Source: an uncultured Actinomycetota bacterium
GTDB taxonomy: Bacteria > Actinomycetota > Actinomycetes > Mycobacteriales > SCTD01
NCBI GenBank assembly: GCA_963844295.1
Contig: CAWJNR010000002.1
Coordinates: 752,374 to 816,373 of the forward strand
Length of the DNA: 64,000 nucleotides
Direction of reading: 5' to 3'
In this document: piece after piece, positions 1 to 10,924 of the stretch
Layout of the letters: each line of letters starts with the position of its first letter
How positions within the stretch are numbered: position 1 is the first letter of the stretch
Made by a program: the position numbers and the translations under genes
The notes under the pieces: model-generated
Databases searched by the model: none
Seen by the model: only the letters and a program-made list of their open reading frames with translations
Told to the model about the DNA's origin: nothing

Positions 1-1
1 C

Positions 2-427
2 GACACCGCCGAGATCGTGGGGATCATGGCGACCTTCCTGCTGCTGCCAGTGGCGGTGGTGATGACCGTCAAGGCCCGGGGCCTGGGGGTGCCCTACCTG
101 TGGCGGGCCGCAGGCTGGGTGCTCTGCCTGATCGGGTTGATGCTTCCGGCGATCATCCTCGCCAACACGTTCCTGAACGCTCCCGGCTACGACGTCTTCG
201 GTTGCGGCTCCCTCCTGGACCGGGACTCGTACGTCAACGTCGAACCGGAGCGACGGCGTGTGTGCGAACCGGTCCGCGATGCACGAAGAGGCACCGCCGT
301 CTTCGCCGCCGTCGTAGGTGGAACGGTGGCCGTCGGGGTGGGCATCTCGGCTCTTCGACCGGGCCAACCTGATGCTCGGACACGGGCACGAACCCGGGTA
401 GGGAGTGCGGCGCACCGTCACCGCTAG
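2..427 (+). CDS. hypothetical membrane protein, probably 5'-partial
   Basis: Frame is open from the window edge; three hydrophobic segments and a Cys pair (GCGS...VCEP). Confidence 0.5.
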   Translation, partial: DTAEIVGIMATFLLLPVAVVMTVKARGLGVPYLWRAAGWVLCLIGLMLPAIILANTFLNAPGYDVFGCGSLLDRDSYVNVEPERRRVCEPVRDARRGTAVFAAVVGGTVAVGVGISALRPGQPDARTRARTRVGSAAHRHR

Positions 428-467
428 GTGGCCGTAGCCGCCATCAGCGGACGCGGGGAGCAGGTAG

Positions 468-704
468 GTGCATGCTGCGTCTCGTGACCAGGAGCCTCCT
501 CGCACGTGCGCTGCTGCAGTGAGGCGGCCGTCGGTCGTTGCATGCGCCGTGATGGGCGCCTTGATCTTCTTCATCCCGGTGGTCCTCGCCAAGTCCAACG
601 AGTACGAGGGCTCGGACGTCATCGTCTACGGCGGGTCGGTCCTCGCCCTGGTCGGGGCAGCCCTGGGCACAGCCGTCGGGCTGGTCCTCAAGCTTCGTCG
701 GTAG
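468..704 (+). CDS. small hypothetical membrane protein
   Basis: Two hydrophobic helices; start uncertain. Confidence 0.4.
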   Translation: MHAASRDQEPPRTCAAAVRRPSVVACAVMGALIFFIPVVLAKSNEYEGSDVIVYGGSVLALVGAALGTAVGLVLKLRR

Positions 705-765
705 CCGCGACTGCGCCGTGGGTGCCCACAGCCGCTAGTAGCTGTCATGACTACAGGCTGCGCAG

Positions 766-1158
766 ATGCAGACCTACCCGCGCGGAGAGTGGGCCCTCGT
801 CGTCGACTGCACGGACCTGGAAGTCGTGGCTGACTTCTGGACGCGCGCGCTGGACTCCGAACGGGCAGGCCGCATCCACGAGCCGTGCTCGAGCCTGCTC
901 CCGACATCCGGTCACGGCGCAGAGCTGCTGCTGCAGCGGGCGTCCGAGGGCAAGGACGGCAAGAACCGCCTGCACCTGGACCTTCGCACCCCTGACCTTG
1001 CAGCCGAGGTGCAACGCCTCACCGGACTCGGAGCGACCGTCCCCACGGACACCCCGATGAGCGAGGGCGGCTGGCTGTGGCACGTCCTGAGCGACCCGGA
1101 ACGCAACGAGTCCTGCGTGCTCCAGCCACGCAGCACGCACTCGGACAGCGCACGCTAG
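766..1158 (+). CDS. VOC/glyoxalase-like family protein
   Basis: LVVDC..D...[12 protein letters not shown] and W.VLSDPE.NE.CV motifs. Confidence 0.8.
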   Translation: MQTYPRGEWALVVDCTDLEVVADFWTRALDSERAGRIHEPCSSLLPTSGHGAELLLQRASEGKDGKNRLHLDLRTPDLAAEVQRLTGLGATVPTDTPMSEGGWLWHVLSDPERNESCVLQPRSTHSDSAR

Positions 1159-1199
1159 AGGGCATCCGGCCACGTCCCCCGCATCACCTGCATATCGGC

Positions 1200-2705
1200 T
1201 CAGCGGACGTGCAGGCGGCGCACGTCGTCGATCGTGTCGGCCTCGTCGGCGCGCTTGTCCTCGCGGTAGCGCAGCACCCGCGCGAAGCGCAGCGCGACGC
1301 CGCCGGGGTAGCGCGGCGAGGTCTGCACGCCGTCGAAGGCGATCTCGACGACCAGCTCGGGCCGTACCTGCACCACCCAGCCGTCGTCGCTGGTCGCGAG
1401 CTCGCGTCAGCCGGGCGGTCTGCCACGTCAGCAGCTCGTCGGTCAGCCCCTTGAAGGTCTTGCCGAGCATCACGAAGCCGCCGGCCGGGTCGCGCGCACC
1501 GAGGTGCAGGTTCGACAGCCAGCCGCGCCGCCGGCCGGAGCCGTGCTCCACGGCGAGCACCACCAGGTCGAGCGTGTGCCGCGGCTTCACCTTCAGCCAC
1601 GCGCCGCCGCGCCGACCGGCCTCGTACGGCGCGTCGAGCGCCTTGAGGACGACGCCCTCGTGCCCGGCCTCCAGCGCCTCGGACTGGAACGCGCGTGCGG
1701 CGTCCCGGTCGTCCGTGACCAGCCGGGGCGCGCGCTGCCCGACCGGTACGAGCGCCTCCAGCGCGGCGGCTGCGCTCGGCCAGCGGGGCGTCGAGCAGGT
1801 CGGTCCCGTCGACGTGCAGCAGGTCGAAGAACCACGGCGTCAGCGTGGTCCCGGAGCTGCGTGCCGCGCGCGACGCCGTCTCCTGGAACGGCCGCGGCCG
1901 ACCGTCGTCGGACGAGCGCGAGCGCCTCGCCGTCGAGCACCAGCTGCCGCGCCGGCAGGGCGCGCACGGCCTCGACCACCTCGGGCATCCGCTCGGTCAC
2001 GTCGTCGAGCGAGCGGGTGAGGACGCGGACGTCGTCGCCGTCGCGGTGCACCTGGATGCGCACCCCGTCGAGCTTCGCGTCGACCGCCGCCCGGCCGCCG
2101 AGCCGGTCCCACGCGTCGTCGAGGTCCACGGCCGTACCGGCGAGCATCGGGGCGAGGCCGCGGCCGACGACCAGCCCGAAGGCGTCCAGTGCCGCCGCAC
2201 CCCCGGTCAGGGCCGCCGCGGCGACGTCGGGCAGCGAGCCGTGCAGGGTGAGCGCCCGCCGGACCGCCGCGACCGGCACCTGCGCCGCGCGCGCCACGGC
2301 GTCGGCCACCAGACCGGCCGAGGCGCCCTGCCGCAGCTCGCCGCTGACGAGCCCGGCCAGCAGCTGCTGCTCGTCCGCGGTGGCGCGGGCCCACAGCGCG
2401 CGCAGCGCCGCCGTGCGCGCACCGCCCGAGCCGGCGCCCGCCAGCCCGGCCAGCTGCGCGAAGACCTCGTCCACCTCGAGCACCTCGAGCGACGGCGACG
2501 CGGCCGGCTCCGGCAGGCCCTGCAGCGACCGCCAGCCGACACCGGTGCGGCGCTGCCGCAGCTCGCCGGACAGCCAGGCCGCGACGACGGCGACCTCGTC
2601 GGGCGCCGCGGCCCGCAGCACCTGCGCGAGCCGCTCCGCCTTGGCCGTGCGGGAGCGCGTCGCCGCGACGTCGACCGAGGCGGCGGCGACCTCGGCGAGC
2701 AGCAC
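1200..2705 (-). CDS. ligB: ATP-dependent DNA ligase (LigB), several frameshifts
   Basis: [10 protein letters not shown] adenylation motif, [44 protein letters not shown]; spread over three frames. Confidence 0.9.
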
Positions 2706-2836
2706 CCCGCCAGTCTGGCAGCGCCCCCGGCGTACCGGGGCGACGATCTTCGTCTCGAGGTGCCGCGACACGCGAGCGACCGCCCGAGAGGACGAAGATC
2801 GTCGCCAGGTTGGAGGGGGAGGGGGAGGATGGTCGC

Positions 2837-3277
2837 GTGGGCGTCGACGTGGAGACCTCGATCGTGGTGGACCGGCCGCGTGCGGAGGTGGCCGCCTTCG
2901 CCACCGACCCGGACAACGCGCCCCGCTGGTACGTCAACATCCGCTCCGTGGCGTGGGAGACGCCGCGTCCGCTGCAGGTCGGCTCCCGCTTCGCCTTCGT
3001 CGCGACCTTCCTCGGCCGCGAGCTCGCCTACACCTACGAGGTGCGCGAGCACGTGCCCGGCGAGCGCTTCGTGATGAGCACGTCGCAGGGGCCGTTCCCC
3101 ATGGAGACGACGTACGCCTGGGAGGACACGGCGAGCGGCGGCACCCGGATGGTGCTGCGCAACCGGGGCGAGCCGTCGGGCTTCTCGTCGGTGGCCGCGC
3201 CGCTCATGGCGAGCGCGGTGCGCCGCGCCAACCGCAAGGACCTCGCCCTCCTCAAGAAGCTCCTCGAAGCGGGCTGA
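2837..3277 (+). CDS. SRPBCC family protein
   Basis: IVVDRPRAEVAAFATDPDNAPRWY ... GPFPMETTY. Confidence 0.8.
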   Translation: MGVDVETSIVVDRPRAEVAAFATDPDNAPRWYVNIRSVAWETPRPLQVGSRFAFVATFLGRELAYTYEVREHVPGERFVMSTSQGPFPMETTYAWEDTASGGTRMVLRNRGEPSGFSSVAAPLMASAVRRANRKDLALLKKLLEAG

Positions 3278-3398
3278 GGCACGCGGGGCGCCCGACGTGG
3301 CATCCTCGGCCAGCGGTCGCCCCGGTGGTCGCACCCGGTCGGTCGACGGCGATGGTCCGGGAGTCCGTACGAGGGAGCCCCAGAGCGTGTCCGCACGC

Positions 3399-4640
3399 AT
3401 GTCCGCGCTCGACAGCGCGCTGCACCAGCTGGCCCAGGCGGTCGAGCAGCTCGGCCTCGACGACGGCATGCACGAGCTGCTCGCGACGCCGCGCCGCTCG
3501 ATGGAGGTGGCCGTCCCGCTGCGCCGCGACGACGGCACGCTGAAGGTCCTCAAGGGCTACCGCGTGCAGCACAACTTCTCGCGCGGGCCGGCCAAGGGCG
3601 GCATCCGCTTCCACCCGGACACCGACATGGACGAGGTCCGCGCGCTCGCGATGTGGATGACGTGGAAGTGCGCGCTCATCGGCATCCCGTACGGCGGCGC
3701 CAAGGGCGGGGTCGCCTGCGACCCGCGCACGATGAGCCGCAACGAGCTCGAGCGGGTCAGCCGCCGCTACGCCAGCGAGATCATGCCGATCATCGGCCCG
3801 GAGCAGGACATCCCCGCCCCCGACGTCGGCACCGACGAGCAGACGATGGCCTGGATGATGGACACCTTCTCCGCGCACAAGGGCTACACGGTGACCGGCG
3901 TCGTCACCGGCAAGCCGGTGTCGGTCGGCGGCTCCGAGGGCCGGGGCGGCGCGACGAGCCGCGGCGTCATGTACGCCGCGTTCAGCGCGCTGCGCGAGGC
4001 GGGCGTCGACCACCGCGGCGCCACCGTCGCGGTGCAGGGCTTCGGCAAGGTCGGCGGGCTCGCCGCGCAGTTCCTGCACGACGCCGGCTGCCTCGTCGTC
4101 GCGGTGTCGGACTGGAAGGGCGGCGTCTACGACGCCAAGGGCCTCAACCCGGCCGCGCTGCTCAAGCACCTCAAGGCCGGCGCGGACACCGTCGTCGGCT
4201 TCCCCGGCGCCGACGTCATCACCAACGACGAGCTGCTCGAGCTCGACGTCGACATCCTCGTGCCGGCCGCGCTCGAGGGCGTCATCCACGACGGCAACGC
4301 CGACCGGATCAAGGCCTACTTCGTCGTCGAGGGCGCCAACGGCCCGACCACCCCCGACGCCGACAAGATCCTCGAGGGCAACAACGTCCTGGTGGTGCCC
4401 GACGTGCTGGCCAACTCCGGTGGCGTCGCGGTCTCGTACTTCGAGTGGGTCCAGGACCTGCAGGCCTACTTCTGGTCCGAGGACGAGGTCAACGACCGCC
4501 TCAAGGCGCTCATGGAGTCGGCGTACGACCAGGTCTCGACGATGGCCCGCGAGCGCGGGGTGTCGCTGCGCACCGCCGCCCAGACGATCGGCGTCGGCCG
4601 GGTCGCGCAGGCGCACCGCACCCGCGGGCTCTACCCGTAG
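3399..4640 (+). CDS. gdhA: Glu/Leu/Phe/Val dehydrogenase (glutamate dehydrogenase)
   Basis: GPAKGGIRFHP, PYGGAKGG, DIPAPDVGT, QGFGKVG, EGANGP, NSGGVAVSYFEW. Confidence 0.93.
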   Translation: MSALDSALHQLAQAVEQLGLDDGMHELLATPRRSMEVAVPLRRDDGTLKVLKGYRVQHNFSRGPAKGGIRFHPDTDMDEVRALAMWMTWKCALIGIPYGGAKGGVACDPRTMSRNELERVSRRYASEIMPIIGPEQDIPAPDVGTDEQTMAWMMDTFSAHKGYTVTGVVTGKPVSVGGSEGRGGATSRGVMYAAFSALREAGVDHRGATVAVQGFGKVGGLAAQFLHDAGCLVVAVSDWKGGVYDAKGLNPAALLKHLKAGADTVVGFPGADVITNDELLELDVDILVPAALEGVIHDGNADRIKAYFVVEGANGPTTPDADKILEGNNVLVVPDVLANSGGVAVSYFEWVQDLQAYFWSEDEVNDRLKALMESAYDQVSTMARERGVSLRTAAQTIGVGRVAQAHRTRGLYP

Positions 4641-4761
4641 CCGCATCACCCGGTCGGGCTAACGCGACCTGCGCCGGACCGTCGGCGGCCTGTGCTTTCA
4701 TGGCCGCACCCCGAATCACAACGGTGTGACTCGCGGGCCGATCCGGCTGCAGGAGGACTCG

Positions 4762-5064
4762 ATGAGCGGTTCCACCCCCGCGTCCCTGTCCCCGGCGGCG
4801 CCCGCCAGCGCCGCTGCGCTCACCGAGCGCGAGCTCGAGATCCTGGCCTTCGAGCGGCAGTGGTGGAAGTACGCCGGCGCCAAGGAGACCGCGGTCCGCG
4901 ACCTGTTCGACATGAGCGCGACCCGCTACTACCAGGTGCTCAACGCGCTCATCGACCGGCCGGAGGCGCTCGTGGCCGACCCGATGCTCGTCAAGCGGCT
5001 GCGCCGCCTGCGCTCGAGCCGCCAGCGCACCCGCTCGGCGCGCCGCCTCGGCCTCGACGCCTGA
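4762..5064 (+). CDS. DUF3263 domain protein
   Basis: ILAFERQWWKYAGAKE ... TRYYQVLNALID; AGGAGG ribosome-binding site. Confidence 0.9.
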   Translation: MSGSTPASLSPAAPASAAALTERELEILAFERQWWKYAGAKETAVRDLFDMSATRYYQVLNALIDRPEALVADPMLVKRLRRLRSSRQRTRSARRLGLDA

Positions 5065-5071
5065 GCTCCTG

Positions 5072-5821
5072 ATGACCGAGGGGCGCTCCCCCTGGGACGA
5101 CCCGACCGTCGCGGCGGGCTTCCAGGCCGCGTACGAGCCGCAGCTCCCGCGGCAGGGGGGCTCCCTGGCCGTCGAGGACGCGCCCGCCCCGCGGCCGGCC
5201 GTGCCCCGCGCGACCGACGTCCTCCCGCTGCCCCGCGGCGCCTCGCCCGGCCGCCTGGCACCGACCCGTGCCCTCGCCGGGGCTGCGGTGTCGGTCGCCG
5301 GTGTCGCGCTGGGCATCACCACCCTCCTCTGGGTGACCGACGGCCCCTCGCCGGACCCGGGCCAGGTCGTCGCGGCCCCCGTCTCCGACGACGAGCCGGT
5401 CGACCCGCTCGCCGGCAGCTCCGAGCGGGAGGCCGCGACGGTCGACCCGCCGGCCGTGGTCGCGCCGGCCACTCCGCCTGCCGCCCCGCCGGCCCCCGCC
5501 CCGGTGCCTGCTCCCGTCGTCGAGCCGGTGCCGACCGCCCCGTCGGTGGTCGTCCCGGTGACCGTGCTCAACAACTCGCGCATCACGGGGCTGGCCGACC
5601 GGGGTGCCACGCGCTTCACGGCCGAGGGCTGGCCGGTCGCCGAGACCGGCAACTACCGCGGCCGGATCCGTGCCACGACGGTCTACTACCCGGCCGGCCT
5701 GGAGGCCTCCGCGCAGGCGTTCGCCGCCCGCTTCCCCGGGGTGGAGCGGGTGCTGCCGCGTCCGGACAACCTGCCGGGCAGCGGGCTGACCGTCGTGCTC
5801 ACCCGCGACTTCGCGTCCTGA
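5072..5821 (+). CDS. LytR C-terminal domain membrane protein
   Basis: One TM helix, Pro-rich linker, VTVLNNSRITGLA ... TTVYY; usual partner of DUF3263. Confidence 0.85.
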   Translation: MTEGRSPWDDPTVAAGFQAAYEPQLPRQGGSLAVEDAPAPRPAVPRATDVLPLPRGASPGRLAPTRALAGAAVSVAGVALGITTLLWVTDGPSPDPGQVVAAPVSDDEPVDPLAGSSEREAATVDPPAVVAPATPPAAPPAPAPVPAPVVEPVPTAPSVVVPVTVLNNSRITGLADRGATRFTAEGWPVAETGNYRGRIRATTVYYPAGLEASAQAFAARFPGVERVLPRPDNLPGSGLTVVLTRDFAS

Positions 5822-5858
5822 CCGGGAGCCGGACGGGGCCCGCGTGCGTCCCACCGGC

Positions 5859-6261
5859 ATGACGCCGCTCCTGCTCCTCCCGCTGCTCCTGCTCGCCGCC
5901 TGCAGCTCGTCGACCGACGCGCTCGACACCGGCGCGGCTCCGCCGACCTCCGAGCTGTCCGTGGCGTACGACGCCGGCGACGGCAGCGACCCCGTCACCT
6001 GGACGCTGGTGTGCGGCGACCCGGTCGGCGGCACCCACCCCGACGCCGAGGCGGCCTGCGCCGCACCTGCAGGCGCTGGAGGAGCCGTTCGCCGCGCTGC
6101 CCGCGGACATGATCTGCACCGAGCAGTACGGCGGACCGCAGACCGCCCGGGTGACCGGGCGCTGGGCCGGCCAGCCGGTCGACCTCGCGCTCTCGCGCAC
6201 CAACGGCTGCTGGATCAGCCAGTGGGACGGGCTGGTCCCGCTGGTGCCCCGCGGCACCTGA
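5859..6261 (+). CDS. SSI-family (subtilisin inhibitor-like) lipoprotein, frameshift near 6062
   Basis: Lipobox LAAC; WTLVC.P.GGTHPDAEAAC, then in a shifted frame MICTEQYGGPQTARVTG ... RTNGCWISQW. Confidence 0.75.
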
Positions 6262-6288
6262 GCCCGCCGCGCTGCCTAGCCTGGCCCG

Positions 6289-7050
6289 GTGACCGACCCC
6301 CTCGACGTCCTGCGCGCCCGGCTCGACGGGGCGGTCGTCGCCCTGGACTACGACGGCACGCTCGCGCCGATCGTCGCCCGTCCGGACGAGGCGGTCGCCG
6401 CACCCGGAGCCGTCGCGGTGCTCGCCGCGCTGGCCGAGCGGGTCCGCACGCTGGCGCTCGTGACCGGTCGCCCGGCCGACGTCGTCGTCGAGCTCGGCGG
6501 CCTGGCGGACGTGCCCGGCCTGGTCGTCCTGGGGCAGTACGGCGCGCAGCGCTGGTCCGGCGGCCGGGTCAGCGCGCCCGCGGAGCTGCCCGGGGTGGCG
6601 CGGGCCCGCGCGGCCCTGCCCGCCCTGCTCGAGGCCGAGGGCGCCGACCTGGAGGACAAGGGCCTGGCCGTCGTGGTGCACACCCGCCGCGCGCCCGACC
6701 CCGCGGGCGCCCTGGAGCGGCTGACCGGTCCGGTGCGCGAGATCGCCGCCGGAGCCGGGCTCGAGGTGCACCCGGGCCGGCTCGTCCTCGAGCTGCGGCC
6801 GCCCGGCTACGACAAGCGCAGCGCGCTGCTCTCGCTGTGCGACCCCGCGCCGAGCGCGGTGCTCTTCGCCGGGGACGACCTCGGGGACCTCCCGGCGTTC
6901 GACGCGGTGGACGAGCTGCGCGCCCGCGGCGTGCCGGGGCTGCTGGTCTGCAGCGGCAGCGAGGAGGGGCCGGTCGCGCTGCGCGAGCGCGCCGACGTCG
7001 TCGTCGACGGCCCGCCCGGCGTCGTCGAGCTGCTCCGCTCCCTGCTCTGA
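6289..7050 (+). CDS. otsB: trehalose-6-phosphate phosphatase
   Basis: HAD motifs DYDGTLAP, TGR, EDKG, AGDDLGD. Confidence 0.9.
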   Translation: MTDPLDVLRARLDGAVVALDYDGTLAPIVARPDEAVAAPGAVAVLAALAERVRTLALVTGRPADVVVELGGLADVPGLVVLGQYGAQRWSGGRVSAPAELPGVARARAALPALLEAEGADLEDKGLAVVVHTRRAPDPAGALERLTGPVREIAAGAGLEVHPGRLVLELRPPGYDKRSALLSLCDPAPSAVLFAGDDLGDLPAFDAVDELRARGVPGLLVCSGSEEGPVALRERADVVVDGPPGVVELLRSLL

Positions 7051-7054
7051 CGGG

Positions 7055-9238
7055 TCAGCGGGCGGCGCGGCGCTCGGCGTAGCCGGCCAGCGCGGCCACC
7101 TGCGCCGGGTCCAGCGACGGCCGTACGGCGGCCAGCGCGGCCTCGACGTGCGCCGCCGTCACCGAGGTCGCCGACATCGACTCGCGCATCGCGGTGAGCG
7201 CCGCCTCGCGGACCAGCGCGGCGCAGTCGGCCGCGCTGTAGCCGTCGGTGCGCCGCCCGACCTCGTCGAGGTCGACGTCGTCGGCGAGCGGCACCGTCTT
7301 GGCCGCCGCGGCCAGGATCAGCGCGCGCGCCTCGGCGTCCGGCGGCGGGGCGTAGACCAGCCGCTCGAGCCGGCCGGGCCGCAGCATCGCCGGGTCGACC
7401 AGGTCGGGCCGGTTGGTCGCGCCGATGACGACGACGTCGCGCAGCGACTCGACGCCGTCGAGCTCGGTGAGCAGCGAGGCGACGACGCGGTCGGTGGTGC
7501 CGCCGTCGGTCGACTGGCCGCGGACCGGCGCGAGCGCGTCGACCTCGTCGAGGAAGACGATGGCGGGCGCCGACTCGCGGGCGCGCCGGAACAGCTCGCG
7601 CACCGCGCGCTCGGACTCGCCGACCCACTTGCTCAGCAGCTCGGCGCCCTTGACCGACAGCACGTTGGCCTGGCCGGACCCGGCGATCGCCTTGACCAGG
7701 AAGGTCTTCCCGCAGCCGGGCGGGCCGTAGAGCAGCATCCCGCGCGGCGGGGCGACGCCGAGCCGGGCGAAGGTGTCGGGGTAGTTCAGCGGCCACAGCA
7801 CCGCCTCGGTCAGCGCCGCCTTGACCTCGACCATGTCGCCGACGTCGTCGAGCGTGAGGGTGCCGAGGTCGAGCTGCGAGCCCTCCATCGACGTCGCCCG
7901 GACGACCTCCAGCGCGGCGTCGAAGTCCGCGGCCGAGCAGCGTCGGGGCGTCCGAGCCGCGCTGGCGGGCGGCGGCGCGCAGCCCGGCCTCGCGGACCAG
8001 CGCCAGCAGGTCGGCGGCGACGAAGCCGGGCGTGCGGCCGGCGACGTCGTCGAGCGCGACGTCCTCGTCCAGCGGGACGCTGTGGGTGGCGACCTCGAGC
8101 AGCCGCAGCCGCTGCGCCCGGTCGGGCAGCGGGATCGCCAGCTCGTGGTCGAGCGTGCCGGGGGTGCGCAGCTGCGGGGACACCCGCTCGGGGTGGGCGG
8201 TCGTGCAGACGACCGCGGCCCGGCCGTCGCGCACGGCGTCGCGCACGGCCTGCAGGAAGACCGGCAGCAGCGGCCCGGCGCCCTCGCGCGGCGCGAGCGC
8301 CTCGACGTCCACGACGAGGACGACGGCCGGCGACTCGCGGCTGGCCCGCGCCAGCAGGTCGACCAGGATGCTGGGCCGCGGCGGTGGGCTCGGTCGCGGC
8401 CAGCGACGGCGCCCACACCTGGACAGACCTCGCGCCGACCTCCTGCGCGACGGCGGCGACCAGCGAGGCCTTGCCCGACCCGCTGGCGCCCGTGACCAGC
8501 ACGCCCATGCCGGGGGAGGCGCCGAGCCGGGCGAGCAGGTCGCGGTGGTGGAAGCCGAGGTCGAGCCACTCCTTGAGCGCGGCGGCCTGGCTCTCGAGGC
8601 CGGGCAGGTCGGCCAGCCCCTTCGGTCCCCGGTGGGCCGGTAGCGGCTCGGCAGGAGCCGGCGCGGGCGTCGGCAGGCCGGTCGTCGTCGTGCCGCCCTG
8701 CCACCCGACGACCGTGCCCATCGTCACCATCGCCGGGCCCGCGGGCTCGACGTCGGTGACGTGCAGGATCTGGGTAGGTCCAGCCGGCGCCGAGCCAGGC
8801 GGTGAGGCTGGCGCGCAGCCGGGCGAAGTCCTGCGGCGGCGCGAGGTCGCTCGGCCGCAGCGACACCTGGTCGCCGGTCGTGACGACCTTGCCGAGCAGG
8901 GCGGTGCGCAGGACCGCGGGGTCGACGGTGCGCGAGACCTCGTCGGGGCCGGTGACGGTGATCCGGGCAGCCTCGACGCGCGGGTGCGGCTCGACGACCA
9001 CGGTGTCGCCGTCGCGCAGGCCGAGGTTGGACAGCACCAGCTCGTCGCAGAGCACGCTGCCCGGCGGGCAGTCGAGCGGGGCGATGACGGCGACCGCGCC
9101 CGTGGTCCGCCGGCCGCGCAGCAGGACGACGCCGCCGTCCTGCACGCCCAGGCCGGACAGCGCCTGCAGCGGCAGCCGCACGATGCCGTGCCGGTCGTAG
9201 CGGGCCGAGCCGCGCAGCACCGCGGTGAGGGTCAGCAC
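7055..9238 (-). CDS. CDC48/VCP-like double AAA ATPase, frameshifted
   Basis: Walker A GASGSGK and GPPGCGKT, FLDEVD, GATNRPDLVDPAMLRPGRL. Confidence 0.88.
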   Translation of the reverse strand: MLTLTAVLRGSARYDRHGIVRLPLQALSGLGVQDGGVVLLRGRRTTGAVAVIAPLDCPPGSVLCDELVLSNLGLRDGDTVVVEPHPRVEAARITVTGPDEVSRTVDPAVLRTALLGKVVTTGDQVSLRPSDLAPPQDFARLRASLTAWLGAGWTYPDPARHRRRARGPGDGDDGHGRRVAGRHDDDRPADARAGSCRAATGPPGTEGAGRPARPREPGRRAQGVARPRLPPPRPARPARRLPRHGRAGHGRQRVGQGLAGRRRRAGGRREVCPGVGAVAGRDRAHRRGPASWSTCWRGPAASRRPSSSSWTSRRSRRARAPGRCCRSSCRPCATPCATAGPRSSARPPTPSGCPRSCAPPARSTTSWRSRCPTGRSGCGCSRSPPTASRWTRTSRSTTSPAARPASSPPTCWRWSARPGCAPPPASAARTPRRCSAADFDAALEVVRATSMEGSQLDLGTLTLDDVGDMVEVKAALTEAVLWPLNYPDTFARLGVAPPRGMLLYGPPGCGKTFLVKAIAGSGQANVLSVKGAELLSKWVGESERAVRELFRRARESAPAIVFLDEVDALAPVRGQSTDGGTTDRVVASLLTELDGVESLRDVVVIGATNRPDLVDPAMLRPGRLERLVYAPPPDAEARALILAAAAKTVPLADDVDLDEVGRRTDGYSAADCAALVREAALTAMRESMSATSVTAAHVEAALAAVRPSLDPAQVAALAGYAERRAAR

Positions 9239-9339
9239 GCCGCGGAGCGTACGGCCAAGGTCCCTTGCGTCCTGCGCCGCACGCGGGCGCCCTGGCCGCG
9301 GCGCAGGACGCAACGGACCCGGCGCCGGGCGGCTCCGGC

Positions 9340-10750
9340 CTACGGCAGGGCGGCGAGCTGGGCGTGCGAGCCAGGCCGCCGGCGGCAGCGCGGTGGCGGC
9401 GGCGGCGAGCGACGCGGTCCGGCCCGCGCGGACCTCGGCGGTCTCGACAGCGCCGCGTGCAGCGCCTCGGCGGTCTGCGCCACGTCGTAGGGGTTGACCA
9501 GGTGCGACCACTCGCCCAGCTCGTCGGCGGCGCCGGCCTGCCGCGACAGCACGAGCGACAGCCCGCGCTCGGACAGCACCGGCCCCTCCTTGGCGACCAG
9601 GTTCATGCCGTCGCGCAGCGGGTTGACCAGCAGCACGTCGGCCAGCGCGTACGCCGCCAGCGAGCGCGGGTAGTCGTCGCGGACCTCGAGGTGCACCGGC
9701 ACCCAGCCCTCGGTGGCGAACTCCTCGTTGACCTCGCGCGCGACGCGCTGCACCGCGCCGGTGTACTCGCGGTACTCCGGCAGGTCGTGCCGCGACGGGT
9801 AGGCGAAGGCGAGGTGCACGACCCGCCCGCGCCACTGCGGCCGGGTGCGCAGCAGCTCGCGGTAGGCCTCGAGCCCGCGCACGATGTTCTTGCTCAGCTC
9901 GGTGCGGTCGATCCGCAGCAGCAGCTGCCGGTCGCCGACCAGCTCGCGCAGCCCGGGCAGCCGCGACTGCACGTCGTCCTGCGCCGCCCGCTGCCGCAGC
10001 TCGGCGGGGTCGACGCCGAGCGGGTGCACCGACACCCGCGTCGTCCGGCCCTCGTGCACGAGCGCCCGCCGTCGTACGACGCGCCGAGCACCTCGACGCA
10101 GCAGCGCGCGAAGGCGTCGGCCCAGCGGGCGGAGTGGAAGCCGACGGCGTCCGCGCCGAGCATGCCCGAGCAGCACCTCGCGCGCGACGTCGTCGGGCAG
10201 CAGGCAGAAGTACTCCGGCGGCGCCCACGGCGTGTGGCTGAAGTGCCCGATCCGCAGGTCGGGCCGCCGCTCGCGCAGCTGCCGCGGGGTGAGCGCCAGG
10301 TGGTAGTCCTGCACCAGCACCGCCGCGCCGGGCGCCGCCGCCGCGGCCAGCGCGGCCGCGAAGGCGTCGTCGTACTCCTGGTAGGCGCGCCACTCCCGCC
10401 GGGTGCGGGCGTCGAAGACGGGCGACTCGGCGGTGGCGTAGAGCAGGTGCGCGACGAACCACAGCGTGGAGTTGGCGACGCCGTTGTAGGCGCGGTCGAA
10501 GGTGACCGGGTCGACGTCGAGCATGCTGCACCGCCCGGGGCGACCCGGCCGCCGGGCGCCTCGCGGGCCGCCCGGCGGTCGGCGTCGGTCAGCGCCGCGC
10601 ACACCCACAGCGCGTCGGCCGGCCGTCCGAGGCGCCGCCCACGGCGGAGACCAGCCCGCCGCCGCCGCGCCGGCCGACGAGCCCGCCCCGGTCGTCCTCG
10701 TCGTAGGACAGCGGCCCCCGGTTGGAGGCGAGCAGCAACGAGGCGGTCAC
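9340..10750 (-). CDS. otsA: trehalose-6-phosphate synthase, frameshifted
   Basis: LLASNRGP, AYNGVANSTLW, VQDYHL, HFSHTPW, IDRTELSKNI, DGMNLVAKEG. Confidence 0.9.
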
Positions 10751-10803
10751 GCTCGCGGAGGCTAGCCCGCAGGTACACTTGCCCCCACAACTGCACAGCA
10801 CCG

Positions 10804-10913
10804 CTCATCCCGAGGGGCACCAGGGACACGGCCCGACGACGCCCCGGCAACCAGCGCGCACGTGCCAGGTGCCAATTCCGTCCCGCGGCGACGTCCGGCG
10901 CGGGGAAGATGAG
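10804..10913 (+). ncRNA. SAM-I (S-box) riboswitch
   Basis: P1 CTCATC...GATGAG; conserved GAG-GG..AGGGA..GGCCCG..GA..CC.GGCAACC...AGGTGCCAATTCC core; 3' P1 strand overlaps the GAGGAG ribosome-binding site of thrC. Confidence 0.85.
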
Positions 10914-10924
10914 GAGATCCACGC

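Noticed and set aside
2810-2832. G-rich tract GGAGGGGAGGGGGAGG as a possible G-quadruplex
   Set aside because: Short, and adequately explained as ribosome-binding or promoter sequence in GC-rich DNA.
5450-5540. Pro/Ala-rich low-complexity repeat
   Set aside because: Ordinary linker coding sequence in the LytR_C protein, not a DNA repeat element.
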